Shown here: piece after piece, positions 11,285-20,511 of the stretch
Position numbering within the stretch: position 1 is the stretch's first letter
How the letters are laid out: the number at the start of each line of letters is the position of its first letter
Position numbers and translations under genes: made by a program
From: Tricharina praecox
Lineage: Eukaryota
DNA: 20,511 bases
Direction: 5' to 3'
Assembly (NCBI RefSeq): GCF_024521635.1
Contig: NW_026250454.1
Location: 62,001-82,511, forward strand
Notes under the pieces: generated by a model
What the model saw: the letters and a program-made list of their open reading frames with translations, nothing else
Told to the model about the DNA's origin: nothing
The model's database searches: none

Positions 11285-11296
11285 CCTCAAGATTAT
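11285..11296 (-). promoter_or_regulatory. Non-tRNA (self-priming type) primer-binding site of element B
   Basis: ATAATCTTGAGG lies 2 nt inside the 5' LTR boundary, has no TGG, and is complementary to CCTTAAGATTAT in the LTR (11388-11399). Confidence 0.75.
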
Positions 11297-11298
11297 AG

Positions 11299-11988
11299 TG
11301 TGAGACTGGAACGAGTTTGCGTCGTCGGAGTCTATGGTAGTATCGAGTGTAGAATAAAAGTCAGGGATTTCGATAATTCACAACGGAATAATCTTAAGGG
11401 TGTTTCTTCGATGGTTTGTTCGGTGCGATGATTGTATTTTTGTTCGGTTGCCCGCTCGGTTCGACTTATAGACGTCCCGATCCTCAGCACGTGATTCCTC
11501 TAGAGTGCGGCTCAACGTAGCTCCGTTGCTTCCTTTGCATCGGAGTTCCGGGGCCTAGCCTTGAGTCGTCGTCAGCTCTCTTCGGATAGTCTTCTCGACT
11601 AGGCAGGTGGTAAACACCACCCGCCCAAGATAGATCGGAGTTTCCGAGCAATTATCTCCCTGATGCGCCGGCAGAGTTCTTCGCTCCAAGTTGTCTGCCC
11701 CCATCGGTCGATGTTCGATTCTCTCGTCATAACAGTTTTTTCCTGGATCGGAGTTCCTACTGCGGGGCCCTATGATCGGAGATCTCAAAGTCCTCTGGAC
11801 TGTTATCCCGATCTCCTGCATCTCCGATCACTGTCTAGACTCTGGAATCCGTTTGCTCCCTCCTTCCTATCTTGTCTTTGATCGCTTCTAACTATCCTTT
11901 CGGCTCGCAACTCTATTCTAATCACCCGAACTATCTAATCACATCTCTTGCGACCGTCGTGTCCTCCGATACCTATCGGGGTTTCACA
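11299..11988 (-). repeat. 5' LTR of element B (690 bp)
   Basis: TGTGAGAC...GTTTCACA termini; about 45 differences from the 3' LTR (~93.5% identity). Confidence 0.96.
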
Positions 11989-12239
11989 TGTTCCATGACA
12001 GCGGGCATCCGTTCCGATTGACCATGAGTCTAAAGGTGGATGGCTGTCTACAGACGTCGCTTCACCTTGAGGCACGGGCGTAGGTGTTTTCAGAATCTCG
12101 TGGCACACTAGGGACCCCTATCGGAGACAATGGTTTCTGGCGTACCATGGTACCTGAAGATCTAGTCGCAGAAAAGCTCTGCCAGTCCTTCGGTGGTGAT
12201 CGTCTTGGTACATAGCTGCAGATGGCGTTGCTTGGTCGG
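11989..12239 (-). pseudogene. Decayed integrase-core fragment of an older C-like element
   Basis: Translates as PTKQRHLQLCTKTITTEGLAELFCD*IFRYHGTPETIVSDRGP*CATRF*KHLRPCLKVKRRL*TAIHL*THGQSERMPAVME, aligning with element C 16781-17030. Confidence 0.92.
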
Positions 12240-12315
12240 TGTGAGACTGAAACAGTTTCGGGACGTCGGAGTGTTGATACATATCAAGTATAGAAGAAAG
12301 GTCAGGCATTTCGAT
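12240..12315 (-). repeat. Family D 3' LTR, U5 end (left piece, split by element C)
   Basis: TGTGAGACTGAAAC...CATTTCGAT; resumes colinearly at 18400 when compared with the copy at 4009. Confidence 0.88.
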
Positions 12316-12874
12316 TGTCACGGCTCGCGACGGAATGACGATGGGAGGGTAGGCACAAGGATCAGGAGAGTTGGGGGGCAGTGCAGAGGCAGTGCACCGG
12401 CAGTGCAAGGATGAGTCGCAGAGGATGGGGGGCTGTGTGCAGGGTGCAGGGATAGTGCAGTAATGAGTTGCAGGAGATTGGGGCTGTGTGCAGGAAGCAG
12501 GGGTAGTGCAGCTGCGCAGGGTGTGAGTCACGGAAGTGGGGTACTGGCAAGGTGGATTTCTCAGAGTCTGGCACACGCCCACGGTCATTGTCAGGTTGCG
12601 GGAAGAAGTCGAGGATTTTCTATATAAACGGGCCGTTGCCCCTCTGTACTTAGTTCTTCACGCAACAACTTGTTAATTCAATCACTGTTACCTCTGTCCT
12701 TGCCTCGGCTGCCGTCTGCGCCGTAGTCCTTGTCCCTACCTCTGTTCTCAGTTGCCGTCTGCACTGCGCCCTGCCTCACCTTGTCCCCCGAACCCGTCTT
12801 GCCTCTACCGAACCCAGAACCCGATCCCCAGCCCAGCTTCGCTACCTGGAGCCTAGCCTGACCGTGCCGTTACA
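12316..12874 (+). repeat. 5' LTR of element C (559 bp)
   Basis: TGTCAC...GTTACA termini; TATATAAA at 12621; tandem repeats in U3. Confidence 0.96.
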
Positions 12875-12876
12875 CT

Positions 12877-12884
12877 TTGTTGCG
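12877..12884 (+). promoter_or_regulatory. Putative self-priming PBS of element C
   Basis: TTGTTGCG 2 nt after the LTR, complementary to CGCAACAA at 12661-12668; no TGG. Confidence 0.55.
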
Positions 12885-12913
12885 CCGCGCATCTCTCCAC
12901 CTAGCGAAGAACC

Positions 12914-14102
12914 ATGGCCACCAATACCCCAGCACCAGACCCTCCCCAGCTGGAGGAAGTACTGGTGGCACCTCCCTACTATCGATAAATTCCCGCCACC
13001 GTCTGCGAACAACTCGAGATCATCGTTAACCACGACTCACCCGCCAACAATGCAACACTGTTGGGGTTGCATAACCAGTTCCAAATCATAGCCCGTGCAA
13101 TCACCCAATCCCCCACAGCACCACCCACCTGGCGAGTAGACGACCTCGAAGAACAACTTACCAACTCCCGTCGTATCGCCAACCGTCTCGCCACACTAGA
13201 AACCTAACCCCAGGGCCGCGCCGAGCGCGTCCCGGAGCCAGCCATGTTCGATGATACTCGAAAGATGCTCGAAGGGTTCGTTGCCCAACTTCGACTCAAA
13301 CTATACAGCGACCCTACCAGTTTCCCGTCCCCAGCACTCAGAATGGTCTACACCTTCAACCGTCTCAAAGGCCGTGCCCAAGCCCAGACACTGCCGTACA
13401 TCCAGAACAACGTGATCAGCTTGACCGACGCTGATGCCATGGTCACCATCCTCGAAAACGCCTTCGGCGCTCCCGACCCAGCAGCCACCGCACGCGCCGA
13501 ACTTCACCGCCTCAAGCAAGGGAACAAGGACTTTACGTCTTACTTTGCGGAGATTCAAAGGCTCGTGTCCAAGCTGAACTGGGACGAGCATGCCAAACTC
13601 GATGCACTACGCGAAGGAGTCTCATCCGAGCTCCACCGACAACTGGTGGGCCGCACTCAGGTACTCACCTACAACCAGTTCGTGGCTCTCTACCAGAGCC
13701 TCGATTCCGAGCTACGTGCCCTCCAACTCCGTGAAGGCAGCCGCAACCCCCCCCGACCAAACCACACCCCGCAACCCCCAGCTCCGCCGAGGAATCAAAC
13801 CCATAACAGTACACCACCGGCAACCACTGCAACCGGAACAACCCCAGGGGCTATGGACCTCAGCGCGAACAGTCGCAAGATCTCTGATCAAGAACGAGCT
13901 GCGCGTCTCCGCGAGGGTCGCTGCATATTCTGTGGAGGCAGTGGCCACATGGCCCGACACTGCCCCAACAAGAATCGGAACCCTTTGTGCCGCAGCTGCA
14001 CAGCTGACGCCCGAGCAACCTGGAACCCTGACGCCCAACCACCCGTACCACAATTGCAACCAGAATTGTGGCGACAACCAAGGGCAGTCGGGGAAAGCCT
14101 AG
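12914..14102 (+). pseudogene. gag: gag of element C (stops at 12986 and 13205, probable frameshift near 13985)
   Basis: ATG in the frame of ORF 13244; ERVPEPAMFD, LKQG, AMDLS and zinc knuckle CIFCGGSGHMARHC; the likely original C-terminus AAAAQL...QGQSGKA* lies in the +1 frame. Confidence 0.88.
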
Positions 14103-17100
14103 ACCAACAACTGCTTGATGGCACCGTTGTTGGTCGTACCCAGGATAAGTCTTTTTCTCCCTTTTCTACTCATTTTCGTTTGTCCAATTTCTCAGTGTGT
14201 GGGATGGTAGTGGAGGAATCATCAATGGAAGGAAAACATCTGGTTGTACTATGTAACCTTTCGTTTGGTGACAAAACCATTGCCACGCATGCGCTGATCG
14301 ATTGTGGGGCAACCGGAATCGCCTTTGTAGACAAAGACTTCGCCCGCCATGACAACCTACCCCTCGTACCCCTTGAATCCCCGCGCGCCCTTGTGGTCAT
14401 CGACGGCCGCCCCATTGTGTCCGGCGTCATCACACACGTTGCCACCACCACTCTGTCAATCCAAGAGCACCACGAAGAACTCCCGATGTTCGTCACCAAA
14501 CTGGGGCACTGCCCAATCGTACTCGGAATTTCCTGGATGGACCTACATGACGTGGCCATCCGATTCACCTCCCGCACCCTCACATTTGGTTCCCAATATT
14601 GCACTGCACACTGCAATACGGTACCCACAGTAGCTCACGGTATCACCACGGACCCACCGGAACTACCCTACGCTCTCGCACCAGACGTAGCTCTGGAGGA
14701 GCCAGCAATAAGCGCGGGGGCCGGCGACATCGTGGCCCGGTGCGTTACGTCTCCCAAGATCAATGAACACCAGCAGGATGCTAACCCGAGAAAACCCACG
14801 GTCAGAATCTCAGCCCTCCGAATGAAGCCTTTCCAGCAAATGGCAGAAAAGGAGAACCTCACCATCTTCGCCACGGCCCTGAGGGAGATCAATGAAGTTC
14901 TATCTGAAGAAAAACAGAGCTCGACCGCCCACATTCCCCCCGAATATCACGAATTTCTCGACCTCTTCTCCGAAAGGTTGGCGCAGAACCTACCACCCCA
15001 TCGGCAATACGACCACAAGATCCCACTAAAGGATGGATTTGTGCCCCCTTACGGACCCCTCTATCCGCCCTCGAAAATTGAGCTGGTCCCACTCAAGGAA
15101 TGGCCTGACGACAATGTGAGCAAGGGATTCATCCGTGCCTCCTCATCACCAGCGGCATCACCGATCCTGTTTGTCAAAAAATCGGACGGCTCCCTGCGAC
15201 CGTGTGTGGACTATCGAGGCCTGAACGAAGGAACCATCAAGAACCCCTACCCACTTCCCCTTCTCCAGGAAACCCTGATGCGACTGTCCGGTGCAAAGTA
15301 TTTCACAACACTGGACATCCGCGGTGCTTACAATCTGGTACGAATCGCAGAAGGGGAGGAATGGAAAACGGCCTTCCGGACCCGCTACGGACTTTTTCAA
15401 TCATTGGTAATGCCCTTCGGGCTAATCAATGCGCCAGCCGACCTCCAAGCCCTGATCAAAGATGTTTTACGACCGTTCCTGGACAGCTTCTGCACCGCCT
15501 TCCTAGACAACGTCTTCATCTACAGCTAGTCACTGGAAGAACATTGAAAACAGGTCACCAAGGTGTTACGAGCCCTTTCATTGGCAGGACTACACTTGAA
15601 ACCGGAGAAATGCAACTTCCACCAGACGGAGGTCAAATACCTGGGCCTGATCATAACCACAGAGGGGATTAAGATGGATCCTGCCAAAGTCTCTTGCGTA
15701 CTCCAATGGGAGAAACCGACGACGTTAACGGATGTGCAGTGTTTCTTGGCCTTTGCGAACTTCTACCGACACTTTATTAAGGACTACTCCAAGGTGGTAT
15801 CCCCCCTGACAGCGATGACAAAAAAGGAAAATGGGAGTTACGTCCCCTTCGAATAGGGTGTTGACCAACAGCAAGCCTTCGAAACTCTCAAAACTGCCTT
15901 CACTACCGCCCCGATACTCCGACATTTCGACTACGACCGAGAAATAGTGGTGGAAACTGATGCCTCGGATTACGTATCGGCCGGTATCCTCTCCCAGTAC
16001 GACGACGATGGAATCTTGCACCCGGTGGCCTTTTATTCAAAGAAACACTCCCCGGCAGAATGCAATTACGAAATCTACGACAAGGAATTGTTGGCAACCG
16101 TTCGGGCCTTTGAGAAATGGAGACCGCACCTTGAAGGGGCCGCGCATCCGATCCAAGTCCTGAGTGACCACAAGAACTTGGAATACTTCATGTCAACCCA
16201 GTTGCACAACCGCTGGCAAGCACGATAGTTGAAATTCCTGTCCCGTTTCAACTTCAAAATTGTCTACCCACCAGGGAAAGCAGGAGGAAAACCGGATGCC
16301 TTAACCAGGAGGTCAGGAGACCTCCCTAAAGCATACCAGGTAGACCCAGCGCCGAACTGGATGCTCCAACTACTATGAAACGGGACACGCCACTCGAAAG
16401 ACATCTCGCTTGCCGACTGCAGCGAAACCAACGGACAATTACATTACCGCGATTGCTTCTACGTTCCTGAACAGGACCCACTCATACTTCGCCTGATCCA
16501 GGACCACCACGGCCCACCGGCTATGGGTCACCCTGGAAGAGCAAAGCCCTTGGAACTCCTGGCCCAGAACTACTACTGGCCCCAGATGCGGAAGGATGTT
16601 GACAGGTTCGCCAGGAACTGTGACACTTGCAGACGAACCAAGTCAACCTGACATGCACCCTATGGCGTCCTCCGCCCGCTCCCAGTACCTGAGAAACCCC
16701 GGCAGCACATCTCCGTCGATTTCGTAACCAGACTGCCGCCCTCGAAAGGATTCGACGCCATACGTGTCTTCGTGGATCGGCTTACCAAGCAACGACACCT
16801 ACTGCCTTGCAACACGACCATCACCTCGGAGGGACTGGCGGAACTGTTCTGGACCGGATCTTCAGATACCACGGGCTACCCGGCACCATTGTCTCAGACC
16901 GAGGCCCCCAGTTCGCGTCACGATTCTGGAAACACCTGTGCGCCTGCCTCAAGATCGACGCACGGCTCTCCACCGCGTTCCACCCTCAGACCGACGGCCA
17001 AACTGAAAGGATGAACGCAGTCATGGAACAACACCTCCGAGCATACGTGAGCTACCTGCAGGACGACTGGGTCAACTACCTATTCTTGGCAGAGTTCGCT

Positions 17101-17859
17101 GACAACAACCAGGCATCCGACACCACCACCCTGTCCCCGTTCTTTGCTAACCTAGGCTACCACCCGCGTTGTGACTTCGAGCTTGACATCCGAACCGACA
17201 CCAACGAAGAAAGAGAGGCACAGACAGCGGCAGAGCGGCTCCAGCAGATCCACGACGTTGCTCGCCGCGCGATGCGCTATGCCCAGGCACGGCAGCAGGA
17301 CAACACGGACCAGCACCGAACCCCTGCACCGGCCTTCCAGCCTGGAGACATGGTATGGGTGGACGGCCGAAACTGGCGGACCGAGCGACCGAGCCGGAAA
17401 CTGGAAAATAAGCACCACAGACCCTATCGGATTACCAGAGCCATCGGAACCCACGCATACGAACTAGACATCCCCAACACCATCCAGAAGCACCGCACCT
17501 TCCCAGTGTCCCTCCTCCACGCATCCGCCGACGACCCCCTCCCCGGCCAGATCCTGCCGCCACCGTTACCGGTAATTATGAACGGCCAAGAAGAATGGGA
17601 GGTGGAGGAAGTGCTGGACAGCAGAACGCTGAGGGGAAGACTCCAGTACCTAGTCAAGTGGAGGGGTTTCACGGCACCCACGTGGGAACCTGAGGAGAAC
17701 CTTGTGGACGTACAGGCAGTGGACGAGTTCCACCAACGGTACCCTATGAAGCCTGGACCAGTTCAACTTGCTTTCGTGGGAACTCGAGCCTTAAGAGGGG
17801 CTACTGTCACGGCTCGCGACGGAACGTTCGAGGAAGTGTCACGGCTCGCGACGGAATGA
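14103..17859 (+). pseudogene. pol: pol of element C (multiple stops, one frameshift near 16851); start approximate; final ORF runs into the 3' LTR
   Basis: Protease ALIDCGATG; RT CVDYRGLN, LDIRGAY, MPFGL, FLDN (catalytic D lost); RH ETDASD; IN SVDF, SDRG, GQTER; chromodomain EEWEVEEVLDSR...YLVKWRGF...TWEP; stops at 15527, 15545, 15854, 16226, 16376 and 16649. Confidence 0.93.
17793..17800 (+). promoter_or_regulatory. Polypurine tract of element C
   Basis: AAGAGGGG 4 nt before the first TGTCAC at 17805. Confidence 0.65.
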
Positions 17860-18394
17860 CGAAGGGAGGTCGGCACAAGGATCTGGAGAGTTGGAGGGCA
17901 GTGCAGAGGCAGTGCACCGGCAGTGCAAGGATGAGTCGCAGAGGATTGGAGGCTGTGTGCAGGGAGCAGGGATAGCGCAGTAATGAGTCGCAGGAGATTG
18001 GGGCTGTATGCAGGAAGCAGGGGTAGTGCAGCTGCTCAGGGTATGAGTCACGGAAGTGGGGTACTGGCAAGTCGGATTTCTCAGGGTCTGGCACACGCCC
18101 ACGGTCATTGTCAGGTTGCGGGAAGAAGTGGAGGATTTTCCATATAAACGGGCCGTTGCCCCTCTGTACTTAGTTCTTCACGCAACAACTTGTTAATTCA
18201 ATCACTGTTACCTCTGTCCTTGCCTCGGCTGCCGTCTGCGCCGTAGTCCTTGTCCCTGCCTGTGTTCTCAGTTGCCGTCTGCACTGAGCCCTGCCTCACC
18301 TTGTCCCCCGAACCCGTCTTGCCTCTACCGAACCCAGAACCCGATCCCCAGCCCGGCTTCGCTGTCTGGAGCCTTGCCCGACTGTGCCGTTACG
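17805..18394 (+). repeat. 3' LTR of element C (558-bp core 17837-18394 plus a 32-bp duplicated start 17805-17836)
   Basis: Matches the 5' LTR from 17837; terminal CA mutated to CG; followed by the TSD. Confidence 0.95.
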
Positions 18395-18399
18395 TCGAT

Positions 18400-19132
18400 G
18401 ATGCACGGCGTAATAATATTAAGCAGTGTCATGAATAGTGTTTGGCATTCTGGTTGTGCTGGTGTTGGGATTTCCGCGACGATAGTCCAGCAACCATATA
18501 ATCTACCTGTACACCTAAGCACGTAATCTGGAAAATTCTGCCGTTAGGAACTCCGTTGCAAACACCCTTTCAGCCATGTTGTGGCGTAAGCGCTTCAACG
18601 AGACAACCACTGAGTCTAGGCCATGAAGCCGTCGCAAGCTGATGTAGGGATAGCTGCTCCGACTAGGCAAGAAGTGCTTACCACTTCTACCTCACTGTAG
18701 CTCTCAGTAAGCAGTACATATGTCCATGTCAGCACTGAGAGCTGGCCCTGTTCGACAGGCTTCCATTTGTCGATACATTGGTAATCACGCCTCATAATAG
18801 GTTCCATGATCGGCGTTCCTTTGTACGGGGCTCCATGATGCAGTGCCCGGGGCCATCTTGGCCGTATCGGAATTTACTGTGCAGCGCCCGTATAGCCGAT
18901 TGGTGTCTAGACTGTGGATCCTGTCTGCTCACACCTGCCTAACCCGTCTCTATACTATCACTATCTATTCCTCTATTCGGATCACTTTCAAACAAACTGC
19001 TCTTGCTGTGACTTCCCGAGAATGCAGCTTGCTGTTACATTACCTCCCTCCTTTCAAGGCTTTAACCTGAAGCGCCCAAGTCCTCGCCTTCATCCTAACT
19101 AGATACAATGGATGGAATCCTCCAGGCACGCC
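18400..19132 (-). mobile_element. Family D 3' LTR remainder (18400-19039) plus PPT and 3' UTR (19040-19132)
   Basis: LTR boundary ...GCTGTTACA at 19039; PPT complement CCTCCCTCCTTTC; GAAGCGCCCAAGTCCTCGCCTTCATCC is homologous to the 3' UTR of B (5458-5485); reconstructed LTR is 716 bp. Confidence 0.88.
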
Positions 19133-19595
19133 TGTAACGTCAGGCTCAGGCTCGGCTCAAGGTAGCGAAGATGGGCGGACAGATGGACAAGAACTGGGCT
19201 GGGCACGGAGGAGACGAGACAGAAGAGGTGGTGAGACAGGACTCAGCGCAGACTGCAACTGAGGAATAAGGGCGGGAACAGGAACTACGGCCCAGAGGGC
19301 AGCCAAGGCAAGGACAGAAGTCACAGTTGCTGATTTGACGAGTTGTTGCATGAAGAACTGAGTAGAGAGAGACAACGGCCCGCTTATAAGGGAAATCCTC
19401 CACTTGTTGCCGCAACCTGATGATGACCGTGGGCGTGTGCCAGACCCTGATAAATCCACCTGGTGAGTACACCGCTTCCGTGACTCATAGTCTGCGCCGC
19501 CGCCCTATCCCTGCTTCCTGCACACAGCCTCAATCCTCTGCAGCTCATTACTGGGCTATCCCCGCTCCCTGCACACAGTCCCATACCTTTCGAAC
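19133..19595 (-). repeat. Partial diverged C-family LTR (U5 end at 19133), interrupted at 19596
   Basis: Starts TGTAACG; the reverse complement aligns with C LTR motifs (GGCACACGCCCACGGTCATCATCAGGTTGCGG, TATAAGCGGGCCGTTG). Confidence 0.9.
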
Positions 19596-19861
19596 TGTGA
19601 CACCCCTATTGACTCTCGAGTAGCAACAGCAAGAACTGTAGGTTCGGAAGTGATGCGAACATAGAAATAGATAGTTTTAGCACAGAGACCAGTTAGGCAG
19701 GAGCGAGCAAACGCAATACAGAGTCTAGTCAGCGATTGCGATAGGATGATGCACAGTATAGTCCGATACGGCCGAGACGGCCTGAGGCAGTGCATCATGG
19801 AACTACGTAGAAGGGAACGTCGATCATGGAACCAGTTATGATGCGCGAATACCACTGTATG

Positions 19862-19972
19862 TGTAATAAAGTACACTGGGAAAGTACTATACCACTTGAC
19901 CAAAAGGTATTTTGATGGCTAAAGGCCATCATCCCAGTAGTTACTTAAAGCCATAATTTCTGAACTGTGACA
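19862..19972. mobile_element. 111-bp TG...CA insertion with 5-bp TSD GTATG (probable very short solo LTR)
   Basis: TGTAATAAAG...CTGTGACA flanked by GTATG at 19857-19861 and 19973-19977; absent from the homologous D LTRs. Confidence 0.82.
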
Positions 19973-20476
19973 GTATGGACAAATGGAAGCCTGTAGAACC
20001 GGGCCGGTTGTCAATGCCGACATGAAGATATGAATTGCTTACTAGGAGCTACGCTCCGCTAAGAAGTGGTAAGCACTTCTGGCGTAATGGAAACGGCTTT
20101 CCCTGCGACAGCTTACGACGACTCTACGGCGTACACACCGGCAATGACTCTCCGGACTGCTTACTCTACAGCATGACTCAAGGGGCGTTTACAACACAGT
20201 TCCCCACAACTGACTAATTCCGATCACGTGCATAGATGTACGGGTAGACTATGCAGTTGCTCGACTATCGTCACGGAAACCCCAAACACCAGCACAACCA
20301 GAACACTGAACACTACTGGCGATACCTCTTCATATTCTTGTGCTGTGAATTATTGAAATCCTTGACTTTCATGCTATACTCGATATCAATCAAGAATCCG
20401 GCGTCCCAAAACTGTATCAGTCTCACACTAAAATCTTGAACGCCATAAGTTACCGGTTTCACGATAAGCAACCACC

Positions 20477-20511
20477 ATGTCGTCCTTAAACTTCGACGCG
20501 CTTCGCCTCAA
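20477..20511 (+). CDS. gag: gag N-terminus of the family D element (truncated by the window; intactness unknown)
   Basis: ACCACCATG then MSSLNFDALRL, homologous to B gag MSSSNLDMLRL at an equivalent position after the 5' LTR. Confidence 0.75.
   Translation, partial: MSSLNFDALRL

Larger units (their letters stand above)
4739..11988 (-). mobile_element. Element B: structurally full-length but defective Ty3/Gypsy chromovirus (7250 bp) without a matching TSD
   Basis: Two 690-bp LTRs enclosing gag-PR-RT-RH-IN-chromodomain; flanking pentamers TTTGC and TGTTC do not match. Confidence 0.96.
12316..18394 (+). mobile_element. Element C: full-length defective Ty3/Gypsy chromovirus of a second family (6079 bp), TSD TCGAT
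   Basis: LTR pair ~95% identical (about 28 differences in 559 bp); TCGAT at 12311-12315 and 18395-18399; gag-PR-RT-RH-IN-chromodomain inside. Confidence 0.97.
19596..20511 (+). mobile_element. Start of a family D element: 5' LTR (19596-20427), PBS-like leader and gag start
   Basis: TGTGACACCCC...CAGTCTCACA is 716 bp after removing the internal insertion plus one TSD copy; followed by CTAAAATCTTGA, similar to the B leader CTATAATCTTGA. Confidence 0.9.

Noticed and set aside
12142..12153. Perfect 12-bp palindrome GTACCATGGTAC
   Set aside because: It lies within decayed integrase codons (RYHGT) and is not kept in element C, so it is likely chance.
18843..20439. Short ORFs at the right end as host genes
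   Set aside because: All fall within identifiable LTR fragments.

Overview
This window is eukaryotic, probably from a filamentous ascomycete fungus, and consists entirely of nested, decayed Ty3/Gypsy chromovirus LTR retrotransposons. I found no host gene, RNA gene or CRISPR array. Element A (+, <1-3773) and element B (-, 4739-11988) belong to one family and sit tail-to-tail as a large inverted repeat with a 965-bp spacer. Element C (+, 12316-18394, TSD TCGAT) is a full-length member of a second family. Around them lie fragments of older C-like elements, LTRs of a relative of A/B (family D, 716 bp) and a 111-bp TG...CA insertion with its own TSD, nested 4-5 layers deep. The most notable observations are: (1) the A and B internal regions are almost identical and share crippling mutations while their LTRs differ by about 4-6.5%; (2) B has mismatched flanks, suggesting inversion or ectopic recombination; (3) both families show a tRNA-independent, Tf1-like self-priming signature; (4) C has a duplicated 3' LTR start. 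I cannot support a wholly new biological system here. All divergence figures are approximate manual counts.
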